From: Clostridia bacterium
GTDB taxonomy: Bacteria > Bacillota > Clostridia > JAAYHZ01
Reading direction: 5' to 3'
Assembly (NCBI GenBank): GCA_050950825.1
Contig: JBMNIH010000003.1
Span: forward strand, 403,851 to 467,850
Length of the DNA: 64,000 nucleotides
The notes under the pieces were generated by a model, which was not told the origin of the DNA, searched no databases, and saw only the letters and a list, made by a program, of their open reading frames with translations. Positions 18,913 to 29,024 of the stretch are shown here, in pieces. Every line of letters begins with the position of its first letter. Within the stretch, counting starts at the first letter, position 1. The position numbers and the translations under genes were made by a program.

Positions 18913-20372
18913 AAATGACGCCTCCTAAGGAATACGATAAATCCGGCCCCTAAGATTATCAGGGGTAAACCGACGATTGATACAATTCCGATGGTTTTCG
19001 CCTGTTGCTGTGTCAACGTCAGCTTCGCAATTTCGTATGACTTCGGAGCAATATAAATGGTGTCGGCATCGTCTCTCATCCAGAACAGTACGTTAGCAAA
19101 GAAGTAGAATGCATTGATGGAATACTGCTGGTAAGCGTAGATATAGTTGTCCGTTATATAGTTGGCGTTACCCATTGCCACAACCTTTGCCGGTTTGTAG
19201 CCTCCTTGGAAATCCACCGCTACGGCAAGGTTCAAGGGCCCTTCGACTTCTCTTCTTCCCGAAGATATGGGTTCACCGATTGCGCTATTGCTGGTTGTCA
19301 GCAAGGGTATGGTGGTTACATAATCCTTTACGTTCTTCAAAATTTCAATGCTTCTGGATTTCGGCATAATCATGGTGAAGGATTTGGGATTCAAGGGCGA
19401 GTTGATGGTATTGTCCGCAACAATCGGTACGATGGTATACTGGCTGCTCGGCAAATACCTGCCGGTGTCAAACTCCCTTACTTGGTTGTACTGAACCGCC
19501 AAGTTAAAGATCGCAAGCAATTCATTTAGTTCGGTGAATTCCGGGTCGTCGCTTAACGCATCTACCATGACCATGAAGTTACCGCCGTTGACAATGTATT
19601 CTTCAATCAAAACGCGTTCGTCGTCGGTGATATCCTTCTTGGGAGATGCCATAATCAAGATTTCCGTTTCTTCCGGAATCTGAGGGTCGGTCAACAAGTT
19701 CAATGTTCCCACCAGATAGTTATTGTTTTCTAATGTTTCTTTTAAAACGGTCAGGTCGCTGTTGATATCGTATTCACCGTGTCCCGTTGTAAAGTAGATG
19801 TATGGCGTTTTTTCCGCCGTTACAAAGCGAATGGCGCCGGTGAACTTTTCTTCCGCTTGGGATCCGGTTATCACCGTTTGGAAGGTTTGGTAGTTGAACT
19901 CCGATTTATACAGAGAATTGTATTCAATTTTCTTCGTCTTGCCGCCGCTTTTAACCACGAAGTCGTTTGCCCTTAATTCCATCAAGTTGTTCGGGTCCAA
20001 TGTCTTAGTCAACGAGGGATCTCTTTCCGGGTCCACATAGATTAAGGATATGTGGTCGTATTTTGCATAGCGCTCCAACATCTCCAATATGGATTTGTCT
20101 CTGTCGTTTTGTCTGAACTTCGTTTCATCAAACAACCCGTAAATCTCAACGTCGGTTTGCAGGTTCTGCAATACTTCAACGGTTCTTTTGTGCAAAGAAT
20201 ATAGCTTATTCGGTGTCAAGTCCGCTTTTAATCCGAAGCTGTCTACCAACACATTCAGTAAAACGGCTACGGTAATAACCGCTACGATTAATATGGTGGC
20301 ATTGGTACCGTATTTAAAATTGGTTTTTTTGATCCACAATGAAAATTTGTTTTTATTACTCATATTACTCAT
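18909..20372 (-). CDS. GldG-like ABC transporter auxiliary component
   Basis: DLTPNKLYSL, YFTTGHGE, ASPKKD, C-terminal TM followed by RRR. Confidence 0.85.
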   Translation of the reverse strand: MSNMSNKNKFSLWIKKTNFKYGTNATILIVAVITVAVLLNVLVDSFGLKADLTPNKLYSLHKRTVEVLQNLQTDVEIYGLFDETKFRQNDRDKSILEMLERYAKYDHISLIYVDPERDPSLTKTLDPNNLMELRANDFVVKSGGKTKKIEYNSLYKSEFNYQTFQTVITGSQAEEKFTGAIRFVTAEKTPYIYFTTGHGEYDINSDLTVLKETLENNNYLVGTLNLLTDPQIPEETEILIMASPKKDITDDERVLIEEYIVNGGNFMVMVDALSDDPEFTELNELLAIFNLAVQYNQVREFDTGRYLPSSQYTIVPIVADNTINSPLNPKSFTMIMPKSRSIEILKNVKDYVTTIPLLTTSNSAIGEPISSGRREVEGPLNLAVAVDFQGGYKPAKVVAMGNANYITDNYIYAYQQYSINAFYFFANVLFWMRDDADTIYIAPKSYEIAKLTLTQQQAKTIGIVSIVGLPLIILGAGFIVFLRRRHL

Positions 20373-20376
20373 ATCA

Positions 20377-21081
20377 TCACCCCTGACTCCAGCGTCTTCT
20401 CTCTATGACTCGTACGGTCAAGAAAATAAACACACCGGTAAATGACAAATAGTATACTACCGGTCCCAATCCTAAAATGCCGTTATAGAAGTCGTTGTAC
20501 CGGGTCAATAATGAAAGCCAACCCAATACCTTGCCGAGAAATCCTCCTACAACCGGTGCAAGAGCATCCGCCAACCACATAATCAATAGGCCGACAAAAC
20601 CGATAACGGCAGCTATGATTTGGTTTTCAGTCAGGGAAGAGGAAAATACCCCGAATGCGATAAAAGCGGCTCCCAGCAACAAAAAGCCGAAATAAGCGCC
20701 GACCACTTGCGGTGTAATCGGACCGCCGTAAAAGCTTAAAATGATCGGGAAAACAAAGGTTATTGCAGTCATTACAAAGAATACGGTGTAGGCTGCAAAG
20801 AATTTACCCAAGATGATTTTCGGCAAGCTCGTAGGAGACGTAAGCAGCAACACTTCCGTTCCGTTCTTTCTGTCCTCTGCAAGAATTCGCATGGTTAAAA
20901 TGGGGACGATAAACAACAATATAAATCCCATGGTGCTCAAGACCGGAGTAAAGTCTCCGTACAACGCCATTACATACGGATAAAAGAATATGGCGGTCAG
21001 CAATACAAAGAACCCGATCAGCACATACGCAATGGGAGAGTGAAAGTATGAGTTTAATTCTTTTCGATACACAGCCCACAT
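20377..21081 (-). CDS. ABC-2 type permease (GldF-like)
   Basis: KELNSYFHSPIAY, TMRILAEDRKNGTEVLLLTSP, SSLTENQIIA. Confidence 0.9.
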   Translation of the reverse strand: MWAVYRKELNSYFHSPIAYVLIGFFVLLTAIFFYPYVMALYGDFTPVLSTMGFILLFIVPILTMRILAEDRKNGTEVLLLTSPTSLPKIILGKFFAAYTVFFVMTAITFVFPIILSFYGGPITPQVVGAYFGFLLLGAAFIAFGVFSSSLTENQIIAAVIGFVGLLIMWLADALAPVVGGFLGKVLGWLSLLTRYNDFYNGILGLGPVVYYLSFTGVFIFLTVRVIERRRWSQG

Positions 21082-21082
21082 A

Positions 21083-22030
21083 TTAATGTACCTCCTCTTC
21101 CACCGTAATAACTTTCAAGAATATATCTTCCAAGGTCATGTCCATAGACTTTAGCTCGATTATGGGATAACCGGCTTTAGCCATCGCAAAGAACAAAGGT
21201 CTTCTTATGTCGATATCCTTGTCCGCTTCAATCACATAAGTGACGGTGTCTTTGCCGGGCTTCGACAATACGTCGCTGTACTTAACGCCGTAGATGTCGT
21301 TGATTAATTTCGACACCTGGTTTTGAGGTCCTGCAATGGTAGCCGTCAATTTAGCGGCACGGTTCAAACCTTTCGACAGGTTTTCCGGCGTATCGATGGC
21401 GGCAATTTCACCTTTGTTGATAATGACAACCCGTTCACATATTGCCTGAACCTCCGGCAATATATGGGAGCTTAAAATGATGGTGTGGTTTTTCCCTAAC
21501 GATTTGATCAGGTTACGAATTTCAATGATTTGTCGGGGGTCCAACCCTACCGTCGGTTCGTCCAAAATCAATACCTGCGGATTTCCGATCAAGGATTGGG
21601 CCAAACCTACTCTTTGCTTGTACCCTTTGGACAAGTTGTTGATCAGACGGTTGCGGTGGTCCGTTATTCCGCACAATTCCATAATGTCATCCAATTGGCT
21701 CTTTTGCTTGTTTTTCGGCACGTATTTGAGATCGCTTACAAATCGTAAATACTCCCAAACCGTCATGTCTTTGAAAACCGGAGGCTGTTCCGGCATAAAG
21801 CCGATTCTTTTTTTCACTTCTTCCGGTTCTTCCAAAATGTCAAACCCTGCAACCTTAACACTACCTTCCGTCGCCGGCAGATATCCCGTTATGATGTTCA
21901 TCGTAGTCGATTTACCGGCACCGTTCGGCCCTAGAAAACCGAGGATTTCGCCCTCATGCACCGCAAAACTAATGTTTTTAACGGCTTCTATTTGGCCATA
22001 TCGCTTGGTTAATTTATTTATCTCTATCAA
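21083..22030 (-). CDS. ABC transporter ATP-binding protein (GldA-like)
   Basis: GPNGAGKST, LSKGYKQRVG, ILDEPTVGLDP, SSHIL. Confidence 0.92.
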   Translation of the reverse strand: MIEINKLTKRYGQIEAVKNISFAVHEGEILGFLGPNGAGKSTTMNIITGYLPATEGSVKVAGFDILEEPEEVKKRIGFMPEQPPVFKDMTVWEYLRFVSDLKYVPKNKQKSQLDDIMELCGITDHRNRLINNLSKGYKQRVGLAQSLIGNPQVLILDEPTVGLDPRQIIEIRNLIKSLGKNHTIILSSHILPEVQAICERVVIINKGEIAAIDTPENLSKGLNRAAKLTATIAGPQNQVSKLINDIYGVKYSDVLSKPGKDTVTYVIEADKDIDIRRPLFFAMAKAGYPIIELKSMDMTLEDIFLKVITVEEEVH

Positions 22031-22184
22031 TCACGTTTCCCCCTCTCCATGGAGTCATATTTCAATTCTTAATTTTTCATAGAATTGAGCACAGCGGGAC
22101 AACTAAAGTATGTAACAAACCTTTTAATAAATTATGAATAAATTGTGAATAATGACGTTCCGAAAATCCTCTTGTTCCCTTGTT

Positions 22185-23255
22185 TTAACCGAATCGTCCG
22201 ATCTTTTTAGCCGGCTCTACAATCTCTTTGTACTCGTCCAGGCTAATTGATGAAGGTACCGAATGGTCCGAGGAGAAAACATATCCCCCGTTTTCCATCA
22301 TGACAGGAACGACTCTCTTCATTTCTTCTTTCACCTTTTCCGCATCCTCCCAAAGAAGAATGTCAATACCGCCGTGAAGCAACAGCTTGTCCCCGTATGT
22401 TTTTTTCATCCAAATCGGGTCCATGCCGGCCTTGACCTCCAAGGGATTCAAGCCATCCAAGCCGAAATCTAAAAATTCCGGTATTAAGGGCTTAATATTA
22501 CCGCAAGAATGCAGCAAAGGTTTTATACCCTTTTTATGTGCCCACTCCACCGCTTTGGCATGTACCGGCTTCAAAAGCTCTCGGTAGGTATCTACCGAGA
22601 AAAATTGGCTGTGCTTAAAGCCCATATCGTCCGGCCAGCGAATGCAATCGAATTCATATCCGGCATTCCATATTTCATCGAAATATTTCAAGTTCAGCTC
22701 CAAGAACGTGTTAAACATGTCCATACACCATTCCGGCTGCTCCACCATGGCAATCAGCAGCCGCTCGGTTCCTACAAACCAAGAATGAGTGACATCAAAT
22801 CCGAACCAAAAGCCGGCCTGAATCCAGTATCCTTCTTTTCGCCAGCGAGGATAATGTTCTTTTAAAAACCGCCAATTAATGCGGTCATCGCCCTTTTGCA
22901 TTAATTCCTTCGCCTTCAGCCGGTCCTCATAGCATTTCACCTTAAAATCCAAGAAGGCCGGCGTCGAAGAAGCTTTTTTCCATTCTTTTTGGGTCGCACC
23001 CCAGCGGGTTGTGCGTATAATGTATTCTTCCGTTTCTTCCGTCACGGACTCCGGGAATCTCGGCGATATGTCCACACCGATGGTAGCGATTTTATCCAAA
23101 CCGAAATAATCCTGAATGCTGACATCCTTCGGCATCCCTTCGCGGTGCCACCTTGCTATGGTTGCCGTCCAGAAGGTATCCGTTACGGGAATACGGTCCG
23201 CCTCACGATGGCTAAACATCGCCTCCATTCGCTTTTTTGTCGTCCATTCCGCCAT
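22185..23255 (-). CDS. Uroporphyrinogen decarboxylase/MtaA-like family protein
   Basis: ADRIP, DDMG, LHSCG, LHGGID, GGYVFSSDHSVP. Confidence 0.85.
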   Translation of the reverse strand: MAEWTTKKRMEAMFSHREADRIPVTDTFWTATIARWHREGMPKDVSIQDYFGLDKIATIGVDISPRFPESVTEETEEYIIRTTRWGATQKEWKKASSTPAFLDFKVKCYEDRLKAKELMQKGDDRINWRFLKEHYPRWRKEGYWIQAGFWFGFDVTHSWFVGTERLLIAMVEQPEWCMDMFNTFLELNLKYFDEIWNAGYEFDCIRWPDDMGFKHSQFFSVDTYRELLKPVHAKAVEWAHKKGIKPLLHSCGNIKPLIPEFLDFGLDGLNPLEVKAGMDPIWMKKTYGDKLLLHGGIDILLWEDAEKVKEEMKRVVPVMMENGGYVFSSDHSVPSSISLDEYKEIVEPAKKIGRFG

Positions 23256-23279
23256 AAATTTCCTACTTTCTTTATAATT

Positions 23280-23310
23280 TTGAAAACCTCCGGAGACCGG
23301 AGGTTTTCAA
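23280..23310. terminator. Hairpin, terminator-like
   Basis: TTGAAAACCTCCGG-AGA-CCGGAGGTTTTCAA after the Gfo/Idh/MocA stop. Confidence 0.7.
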
Positions 23311-23336
23311 TGATTTATCCTCTATATGATTGATAA

Positions 23337-24422
23337 CTATTTGAAGAAAATTTGTTTTCCCGTTTTGGCCGATTCGTAAATCGCTTCCAGGATTTGAGAA
23401 ACCACCAACGCCTGCTCCGGCAATACGGTAGGATCCTTATCGTATAAAATGCTGTCGATCCATTGGCGAGCTTCGTAGTGGGACGGATCCATCACACCGT
23501 GACCTTCGTAGAAAGCGGCTCCTCCCGCTTTAAAGTCCGGCTTGGTTACATACAAGCGGCTGTATTTTTCGCCGTTGATTCGCAAGCCTTCATCCATATC
23601 GGCTCCGGCCTTCGTACCGCATAAGGTGCAGCAAGATTCCTTTACGTCCAATATATTGATAGCCCAAGATGCATCCAATTCAATGGTAGCGCCGTTTTTC
23701 ATCTTGATGAATCCGAATGCCGAATCTTCTACGGTAAACTTCTTCGGATCCCAGGATCCCCATGCGTTCGCCGCATTTTCCGTATCCGCAAGCTTACGGT
23801 ACACGCTTCCGACTACGCTTTCCACTTCATAGTTGTTCATCATCCACAAGGTCAAATCCAAGGCATGGGTACCGATGTCAATGAGGGGGCCTCCTCCTTG
23901 TTCCTCTTCGTTCAGGAAAACTCCCCATGTAGGAACGGCACGACGTCTTACGGCGTGGGCTTTGGCAAAATAAATATCGCCTAATTCCCCTGCATCGCAC
24001 AGCTTCTTCAAGTACAGGCTTTCGGCACGATAACGGCCTTGGTATCCGATGGTGAGTTTCTTACCGGACGCCTTATACGCGTCGTACATTCTTTTTGCAT
24101 CGGCGGCGGTTTTTGCCATGGGTTTTTCGCACATAACATGCTTTCCGGAGTTTAACATGTCGATGGTGATGTTCGCATGGGATTTGTTGGGTGTGCAAAC
24201 ATGAACCGCATCGATGGACGAATCCTTTACGATTTCCTTGTAATCCGTGCAAATGTACGCATCGGCGGTACCGTATTTTGCTTTCGCTTCTTGTGCTTTC
24301 GATTCCACGATGTCACAAAAAGCAACCATTTCCACTTCCGGAATTTTCGCCAGAGACGGCATATGCTTTCCGTTTGCGATTCCTCCGCAACCTACGATAG
24401 CGACTCTTAATTTTTTAGCCAT
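23337..24422 (-). CDS. Gfo/Idh/MocA family oxidoreductase
   Basis: VGCGGIA, HVMCEKP, GGGPLIDIGTH. Confidence 0.92.
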   Translation of the reverse strand: MAKKLRVAIVGCGGIANGKHMPSLAKIPEVEMVAFCDIVESKAQEAKAKYGTADAYICTDYKEIVKDSSIDAVHVCTPNKSHANITIDMLNSGKHVMCEKPMAKTAADAKRMYDAYKASGKKLTIGYQGRYRAESLYLKKLCDAGELGDIYFAKAHAVRRRAVPTWGVFLNEEEQGGGPLIDIGTHALDLTLWMMNNYEVESVVGSVYRKLADTENAANAWGSWDPKKFTVEDSAFGFIKMKNGATIELDASWAINILDVKESCCTLCGTKAGADMDEGLRINGEKYSRLYVTKPDFKAGGAAFYEGHGVMDPSHYEARQWIDSILYDKDPTVLPEQALVVSQILEAIYESAKTGKQIFFK

Positions 24423-24446
24423 ATCCTGTTCCTCCCAAAACAAAAA

Positions 24447-25172
24447 TTAAATTTTTTCAATGGGTGTCGGTACGTGTATTCCCCCTAAAAGCTCTCTTTT
24501 CATGACGGGACGAGCCCACCGTACCGCATTACCGATAATCAAGCGAATTTCATCTTGATAATAGACGGGATAGGTTTCATGACCGGGTTGGAAGTAGAAA
24601 ACCTTTCCGTAGCCTCGACGGTAACAGCAGCCGCTTCTGAAAACGTCTCCCCCTTTGAACCATCCGATAAACACCAATTCGTCCGGAACGGGGATATCGA
24701 AGCGTTCTCCGTACATTTCATCCGCCGGGATTTCCACACATTCTCCTAACCCTTGGGCTATAGGATGCGTCGGCTCGATAACCCATAGGCGTTCATTTTC
24801 CCCTATTTCTCTCCATCTTAGCCCGCATGTGGTTCCCATCAGACGTTTGAAGGGCTTCGAGAAATGAGCGGAATGCAGGGCGATGAATCCCATCCCCTTC
24901 ATAACTCTTTCATACACTCTTTCCACATACTCGTCCTTGACTTTGTTATGAGCCGCATGCCCCCACCAGATCAACACGTCCGTGTCATCCAACAGTTCAT
25001 TGCTCAAGCCCTGTTCTTCATCATCCAACGTGGCCGTTCTTACTATCATATCCTCTTGCGTCTTCAAATATTCCGCAATGGCATTATGTATGCCGTCAGG
25101 ATATACCTCTTTCACTCTTTCGTTGTGCTTTTCATGTACAAATTCGTTCCACACCGTGACCTTAATGCTCAT
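24447..25172 (-). CDS. thuA: ThuA family (trehalose utilisation) protein
   Basis: [38 protein letters not shown]. Confidence 0.9.
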   Translation of the reverse strand: MSIKVTVWNEFVHEKHNERVKEVYPDGIHNAIAEYLKTQEDMIVRTATLDDEEQGLSNELLDDTDVLIWWGHAAHNKVKDEYVERVYERVMKGMGFIALHSAHFSKPFKRLMGTTCGLRWREIGENERLWVIEPTHPIAQGLGECVEIPADEMYGERFDIPVPDELVFIGWFKGGDVFRSGCCYRRGYGKVFYFQPGHETYPVYYQDEIRLIIGNAVRWARPVMKRELLGGIHVPTPIEKI

Positions 25173-25318
25173 AACTTCTCCGGATTAAGCATATAGCAAA
25201 ACCCGTGATTTTCACCTCTTTTCGTGAATAGTGAAGTGCGTTGGTTACATTCATTATAGTTTATCCAAAATTCAAAATCAAGGGAATCTCCGTAAGCCAT
25301 GATAAATGGAATACGAGT

Positions 25319-25346
25319 AAAAAAGCCGGCGAACCGGCTTTTTTTA
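25319..25346. terminator. Intrinsic terminator after the solute-binding protein gene
   Basis: AAAAAAGCCGG-CGAA-CCGGCTTTTTTT. Confidence 0.8.
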
Positions 25347-25353
25347 TTCTTCT

Positions 25354-27216
25354 TTATTCTCTTAAAATGAACTTCTGTCCGGGGTCATAATCCTTAAATT
25401 CAGGATTATTAAATATTTTTTCTATGATCTCTTCCAATCCTGCACTGTATAATTGCTCGATATATTGCTGCCATTCCGTATTAAAATTATCGATCATTCC
25501 TTCCAAGGCGCGGTTGATGAAATCATTTACAACGGTATTGATCTCGGGATATTTTGTGACCAAATCCGTATACTCTTTATACAGCTCGATTCCCATATAC
25601 ACATCACTTATATATTTTGCAGGACTTATAACGTGTTTGTTTAGCAAATCGTTTACGTACATCCAAGATCGATAATGCCAGTCGTTGTATATTGTAGCAT
25701 CACGTATAAATTGATTGATGGGAGATTGGGATATAATGAAAGTAAATACACTGGTGTTTCCTCTGTATTCCGGAGGAAGCTCCGCTGCAGGAGTTACGAT
25801 CATATTGCTCAGATAAGGATCTCCCGCCCATTTAAAATGAATGCCTTCCAGTCCGCTTGTGTATCTTATATAGTTTTCATAACTGCTGAAAAGCGTATAC
25901 TGCAATATTTGGCATATCCTTTGAAGCTTCGCGTCGGAAACTTGTTCTCCGATCATATAGACTCTCCAGCTACCTGTACCAAAGGGGTCGATATTGTACG
26001 TCTTATTCACCGCATAGCCTTCGGGGCCTCGGAACATGATACCTACTACAAAACGTGCATTGGGATCTCCGTTGATCAAATAATTCATCGGCGGGTATTG
26101 GTGGTTGGTTTCATTATTCATTTGGGTTACCACTACACCGCAGGTAGACATGATACCGTATTTACCCGTACCCGACATGGAGGAGTAGGAGGTGGTCCAA
26201 GTGCCCGTTCTAGGAAGGGATACCATATAGCCTTTAGTCAATGACTCGGAAATCCATTTATAGTAATCACGATAGGGAGTGTATGCATATTTCGGTACGA
26301 TATCTCCGCTTATGGGATCTTTATATAAATAACTGTTTTCGTTAACAAATCCGAAAAGGCCATACTGGGTTTGGTTCACCCAAGACTCGTTCACATTTGG
26401 AGGCATATACAGCATACCGTAGGTATCATCGATTCCGTTGCCGTCAGGATCGTCCTCGGTAAATTTTCTCATAATATCGTTCATTTCTTCAAAAGAAAAA
26501 TTTCCTTCACCGAAAAAGATGTTGTCGTTATACTGAGCATAGCTTTCGGAGGCTTGGGTCGCCGGTTGTAAATTGTCTATACCGTAGCCGACGGCCTCCA
26601 ACCAATCGAGATTGATGCAGGTGGCATCGTAAAAATACTGACATCCTCTCATGTCTACTTGGGTGAATCCCAAATATTCGTCCGTTTTCCCCGGAACCAG
26701 GTTATATGAAAAACCGATGGGGAACTTCTCTAATAGTTCATAATACCCGGGTATGTAGTTTTTAAAGAAACTCAGCGGTATAGAACGTATTAATTTCTCA
26801 TTATACATGTCGGCCGGCTGTCTCGGAGCTCCCGGCATAAAAAAATAATCGGGGATATCGCCGGCTGCAACTAATGCCGCCATCTGTTCCCCTTGTCTTG
26901 AATCCATTGCCCATACTTGCAGGTCCACATTAAACAATTCTTCCAACTCCAGTTCATCCCATCGACCTTCTTGGTAATCTGCATTCAGCTGGGTAAGCCA
27001 AGTAATCTCCATGAATTCCTCGAAGGGATTTTCTTCCTTTACCGTTGTTGTTTCTTGCTTTGAAGTACTTGTTGTGGTAGTGACGGCATTTGTAGTTGTC
27101 ACCGGGGCGGTGTTACCGGTTGTCGTAACTTCCGTATCTTCTTCCGAAACACTTTTGCATGAAGCAAAAGACATCATCAATAGGATGACAAGAATTAACG
27201 AGACCGTCTTTTTCAT
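25354..27216 (-). CDS. Extracellular solute-binding lipoprotein (LplA-like carbohydrate SBP)
   Basis: Lipobox FASC, Thr-rich linker, AAGDIPD, DWLEAVG, DPDGNGIDDTYG, GLEGIHF. Confidence 0.8.
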   Translation of the reverse strand: MKKTVSLILVILLMMSFASCKSVSEEDTEVTTTGNTAPVTTTNAVTTTTSTSKQETTTVKEENPFEEFMEITWLTQLNADYQEGRWDELELEELFNVDLQVWAMDSRQGEQMAALVAAGDIPDYFFMPGAPRQPADMYNEKLIRSIPLSFFKNYIPGYYELLEKFPIGFSYNLVPGKTDEYLGFTQVDMRGCQYFYDATCINLDWLEAVGYGIDNLQPATQASESYAQYNDNIFFGEGNFSFEEMNDIMRKFTEDDPDGNGIDDTYGMLYMPPNVNESWVNQTQYGLFGFVNENSYLYKDPISGDIVPKYAYTPYRDYYKWISESLTKGYMVSLPRTGTWTTSYSSMSGTGKYGIMSTCGVVVTQMNNETNHQYPPMNYLINGDPNARFVVGIMFRGPEGYAVNKTYNIDPFGTGSWRVYMIGEQVSDAKLQRICQILQYTLFSSYENYIRYTSGLEGIHFKWAGDPYLSNMIVTPAAELPPEYRGNTSVFTFIISQSPINQFIRDATIYNDWHYRSWMYVNDLLNKHVISPAKYISDVYMGIELYKEYTDLVTKYPEINTVVNDFINRALEGMIDNFNTEWQQYIEQLYSAGLEEIIEKIFNNPEFKDYDPGQKFILRE

Positions 27217-27260
27217 AAATTACACCTCTCTATGAAATATATGTTATATTTATACTATAT

Positions 27261-27289
27261 ATTGTAATAATTTTCCTGCTATAAGTCAA
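27261..27289 (-). promoter_or_regulatory. Sigma-A promoter for the SBP gene
   Basis: TTGACT-17bp-TACAAT. Confidence 0.6.
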
Positions 27290-27410
27290 TGTTTCCGGCG
27301 AACTATTTCTTAAATATTGGGTTGCTGAATCTTACGCAGCGGTACTCCTTGCATCCCCTTCTTTTAAATGATATATTCTATACGAAAAAACTTAAGAGGA
27401 GTTATATACC

Positions 27411-28292
27411 GTGCAAAACCCTGTTGTCATTACCATTTTGGCGATTATCCTATCTTCTTTGCTTATCGCTTACATAAGGAGAGTAACCAAAGACCGTTGC
27501 TTGAAGGCCTTTCAAAACGATTACGTAACCTTGCTGCTGTCTGACCAAAGGGAAATCAGCGGAAGGCTGGTCGTGGAAAGCACCGGTATCGAAGTGGTGT
27601 ACGACATTCAAGAATTTGAAGATGAACCCAAGCAAGAGGGAGACGTGTTCGTTCCGGAGCTGCATCACGCCAGCTTTATTCTGTTTAAAACCGAATTCGG
27701 GCAGCTGACCGCCATTTTAAGAAGACACGACGATTTAAGTGATATTGCCAAAGAAAAGCGAAAAAAAGAAGTGCAAGCCGCCTATCATCCCCGCTTCTTT
27801 CGCCGATTAGGTCGAAAAATTCGAAATTTTATCAGCACCATTAAAGACTCCTTAATGGAAATCGTAACGATCCTTTCCGGGCAATTCGAGGCCGCCCGCC
27901 CCGACTCCATCTTAGTCTCCCAAAAGGCGCAGAGGAGCAAAGTGGAAAAAGAAGTGATCGGCACCATCAGCTATTCTTTCGATGCTTTGTTGGAAAAATA
28001 CATCGGGAATTTGGTGGTATGCGAGTTTAACATGAACGGTATTAAAACCAAAGTAACCGGTATCTTGAAAGACTATACCGCCAATTACGTTGAAATTTTA
28101 AATGTTCAAATTAAAACCCCCAATGACAAGGAATACAAAGTTGCGGATTTGATTCTACCGAGAACGCTAGCCACGGTACGGCATGCGGGAGAAGGCACGA
28201 ATAAGAAAGGCATTTTCAAGAAAGAATTCAGTATTCAGCAGTACAAGAAGCTGTTGAAAAAAAGATTACATGGCGACGAAGAAAATCAGTGA
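27411..28292 (+). CDS. Hypothetical membrane-anchored protein
   Basis: GAGGAG RBS, GTG start, N-terminal TM helix, 293-aa ORF. Confidence 0.75.
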   Translation: MQNPVVITILAIILSSLLIAYIRRVTKDRCLKAFQNDYVTLLLSDQREISGRLVVESTGIEVVYDIQEFEDEPKQEGDVFVPELHHASFILFKTEFGQLTAILRRHDDLSDIAKEKRKKEVQAAYHPRFFRRLGRKIRNFISTIKDSLMEIVTILSGQFEAARPDSILVSQKAQRSKVEKEVIGTISYSFDALLEKYIGNLVVCEFNMNGIKTKVTGILKDYTANYVEILNVQIKTPNDKEYKVADLILPRTLATVRHAGEGTNKKGIFKKEFSIQQYKKLLKKRLHGDEENQ

Positions 28293-28558
28293 TCCATTTC
28301 AATCACAAAGGAATCGAAATTGACTTTTTCCATAAACTGCTCCGATGTAAAGATGGTTTTTTTGAATCGGACAAATTCCTTCGTGTTTTTCTTCATCCAA
28401 ATGGGAATGGGTATATTGAGATTTTTACATATTTCGAGAAGGCATGCTTCCAATTGGCGGGTCATGTTTAAGCTTGCATCTTCGTTTACCGCCGTTTCCA
28501 TGGAAATGATTTTATTGTTTTTTAATAACTTCCCCGTTACATTCATTTTTGACATCAA
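28286..28558 (-). CDS. Hypothetical protein
   Basis: 90-aa ORF translationally coupled to divIC; PIPIWMKKN..EF..FKKT.F....F.E...FD pattern. Confidence 0.7.
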   Translation of the reverse strand: MMSKMNVTGKLLKNNKIISMETAVNEDASLNMTRQLEACLLEICKNLNIPIPIWMKKNTKEFVRFKKTIFTSEQFMEKVNFDSFVIEMDH

Positions 28559-28833
28559 TCTTTCAATTCAATGAAAATCTTTTCTCCCGGCATGATGAGT
28601 CCCAATCTTTCTCGTGCCACTTTTTCCACATAGGCATCGCTTTCCACAAGCAGCAGCTGTTCCCGAAGGTCCAGATTTTTCTGTTGGGCTTCCTCCAAGA
28701 GGGTTTTTATTTCATTGAGTTGTTTGGTTTTCGCTTGCATTATAGGTTGCTGAACCGTCATCACGTATGTTACGTAGAAAATGAAACATAACACGATGAG
28801 CCTAAATAAAATCCCCCATAGTCTTTTTTTCAT
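28555..28833 (-). CDS. divIC: Septum formation initiator DivIC/FtsB
   Basis: TM helix plus coiled coil plus YVEKVARERLGLIMPGE; yabPQ synteny. Confidence 0.9.
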   Translation of the reverse strand: MKKRLWGILFRLIVLCFIFYVTYVMTVQQPIMQAKTKQLNEIKTLLEEAQQKNLDLREQLLLVESDAYVEKVARERLGLIMPGEKIFIELKD

Positions 28834-28896
28834 TTATAACCACTCACCACCGCGATTTGCCGTTACCTTCCAACGCATTTCGCATTTATTAAGCCC

Positions 28897-28925
28897 ATTG
28901 TATAGAGTTTAAAAGGTCTTGTCAA
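28897..28925 (-). promoter_or_regulatory. Sigma-A promoter for divIC
   Basis: TTGACA-17bp-TACAAT. Confidence 0.7.
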
Positions 28926-29024
28926 ACTATATTTTCCATTGCTCCTTAAAAAATTTTACCAAATAACACACGATGTAGATATGCATGAAATTCCATATAC
29001 CGGGCATAGTGTAACGGCTCTCTG

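Noticed and set aside
27040-27140. Repetitive GTT/GTA-rich stretch
   Set aside because: Encodes the Thr-rich linker of the lipoprotein; not a DNA repeat element
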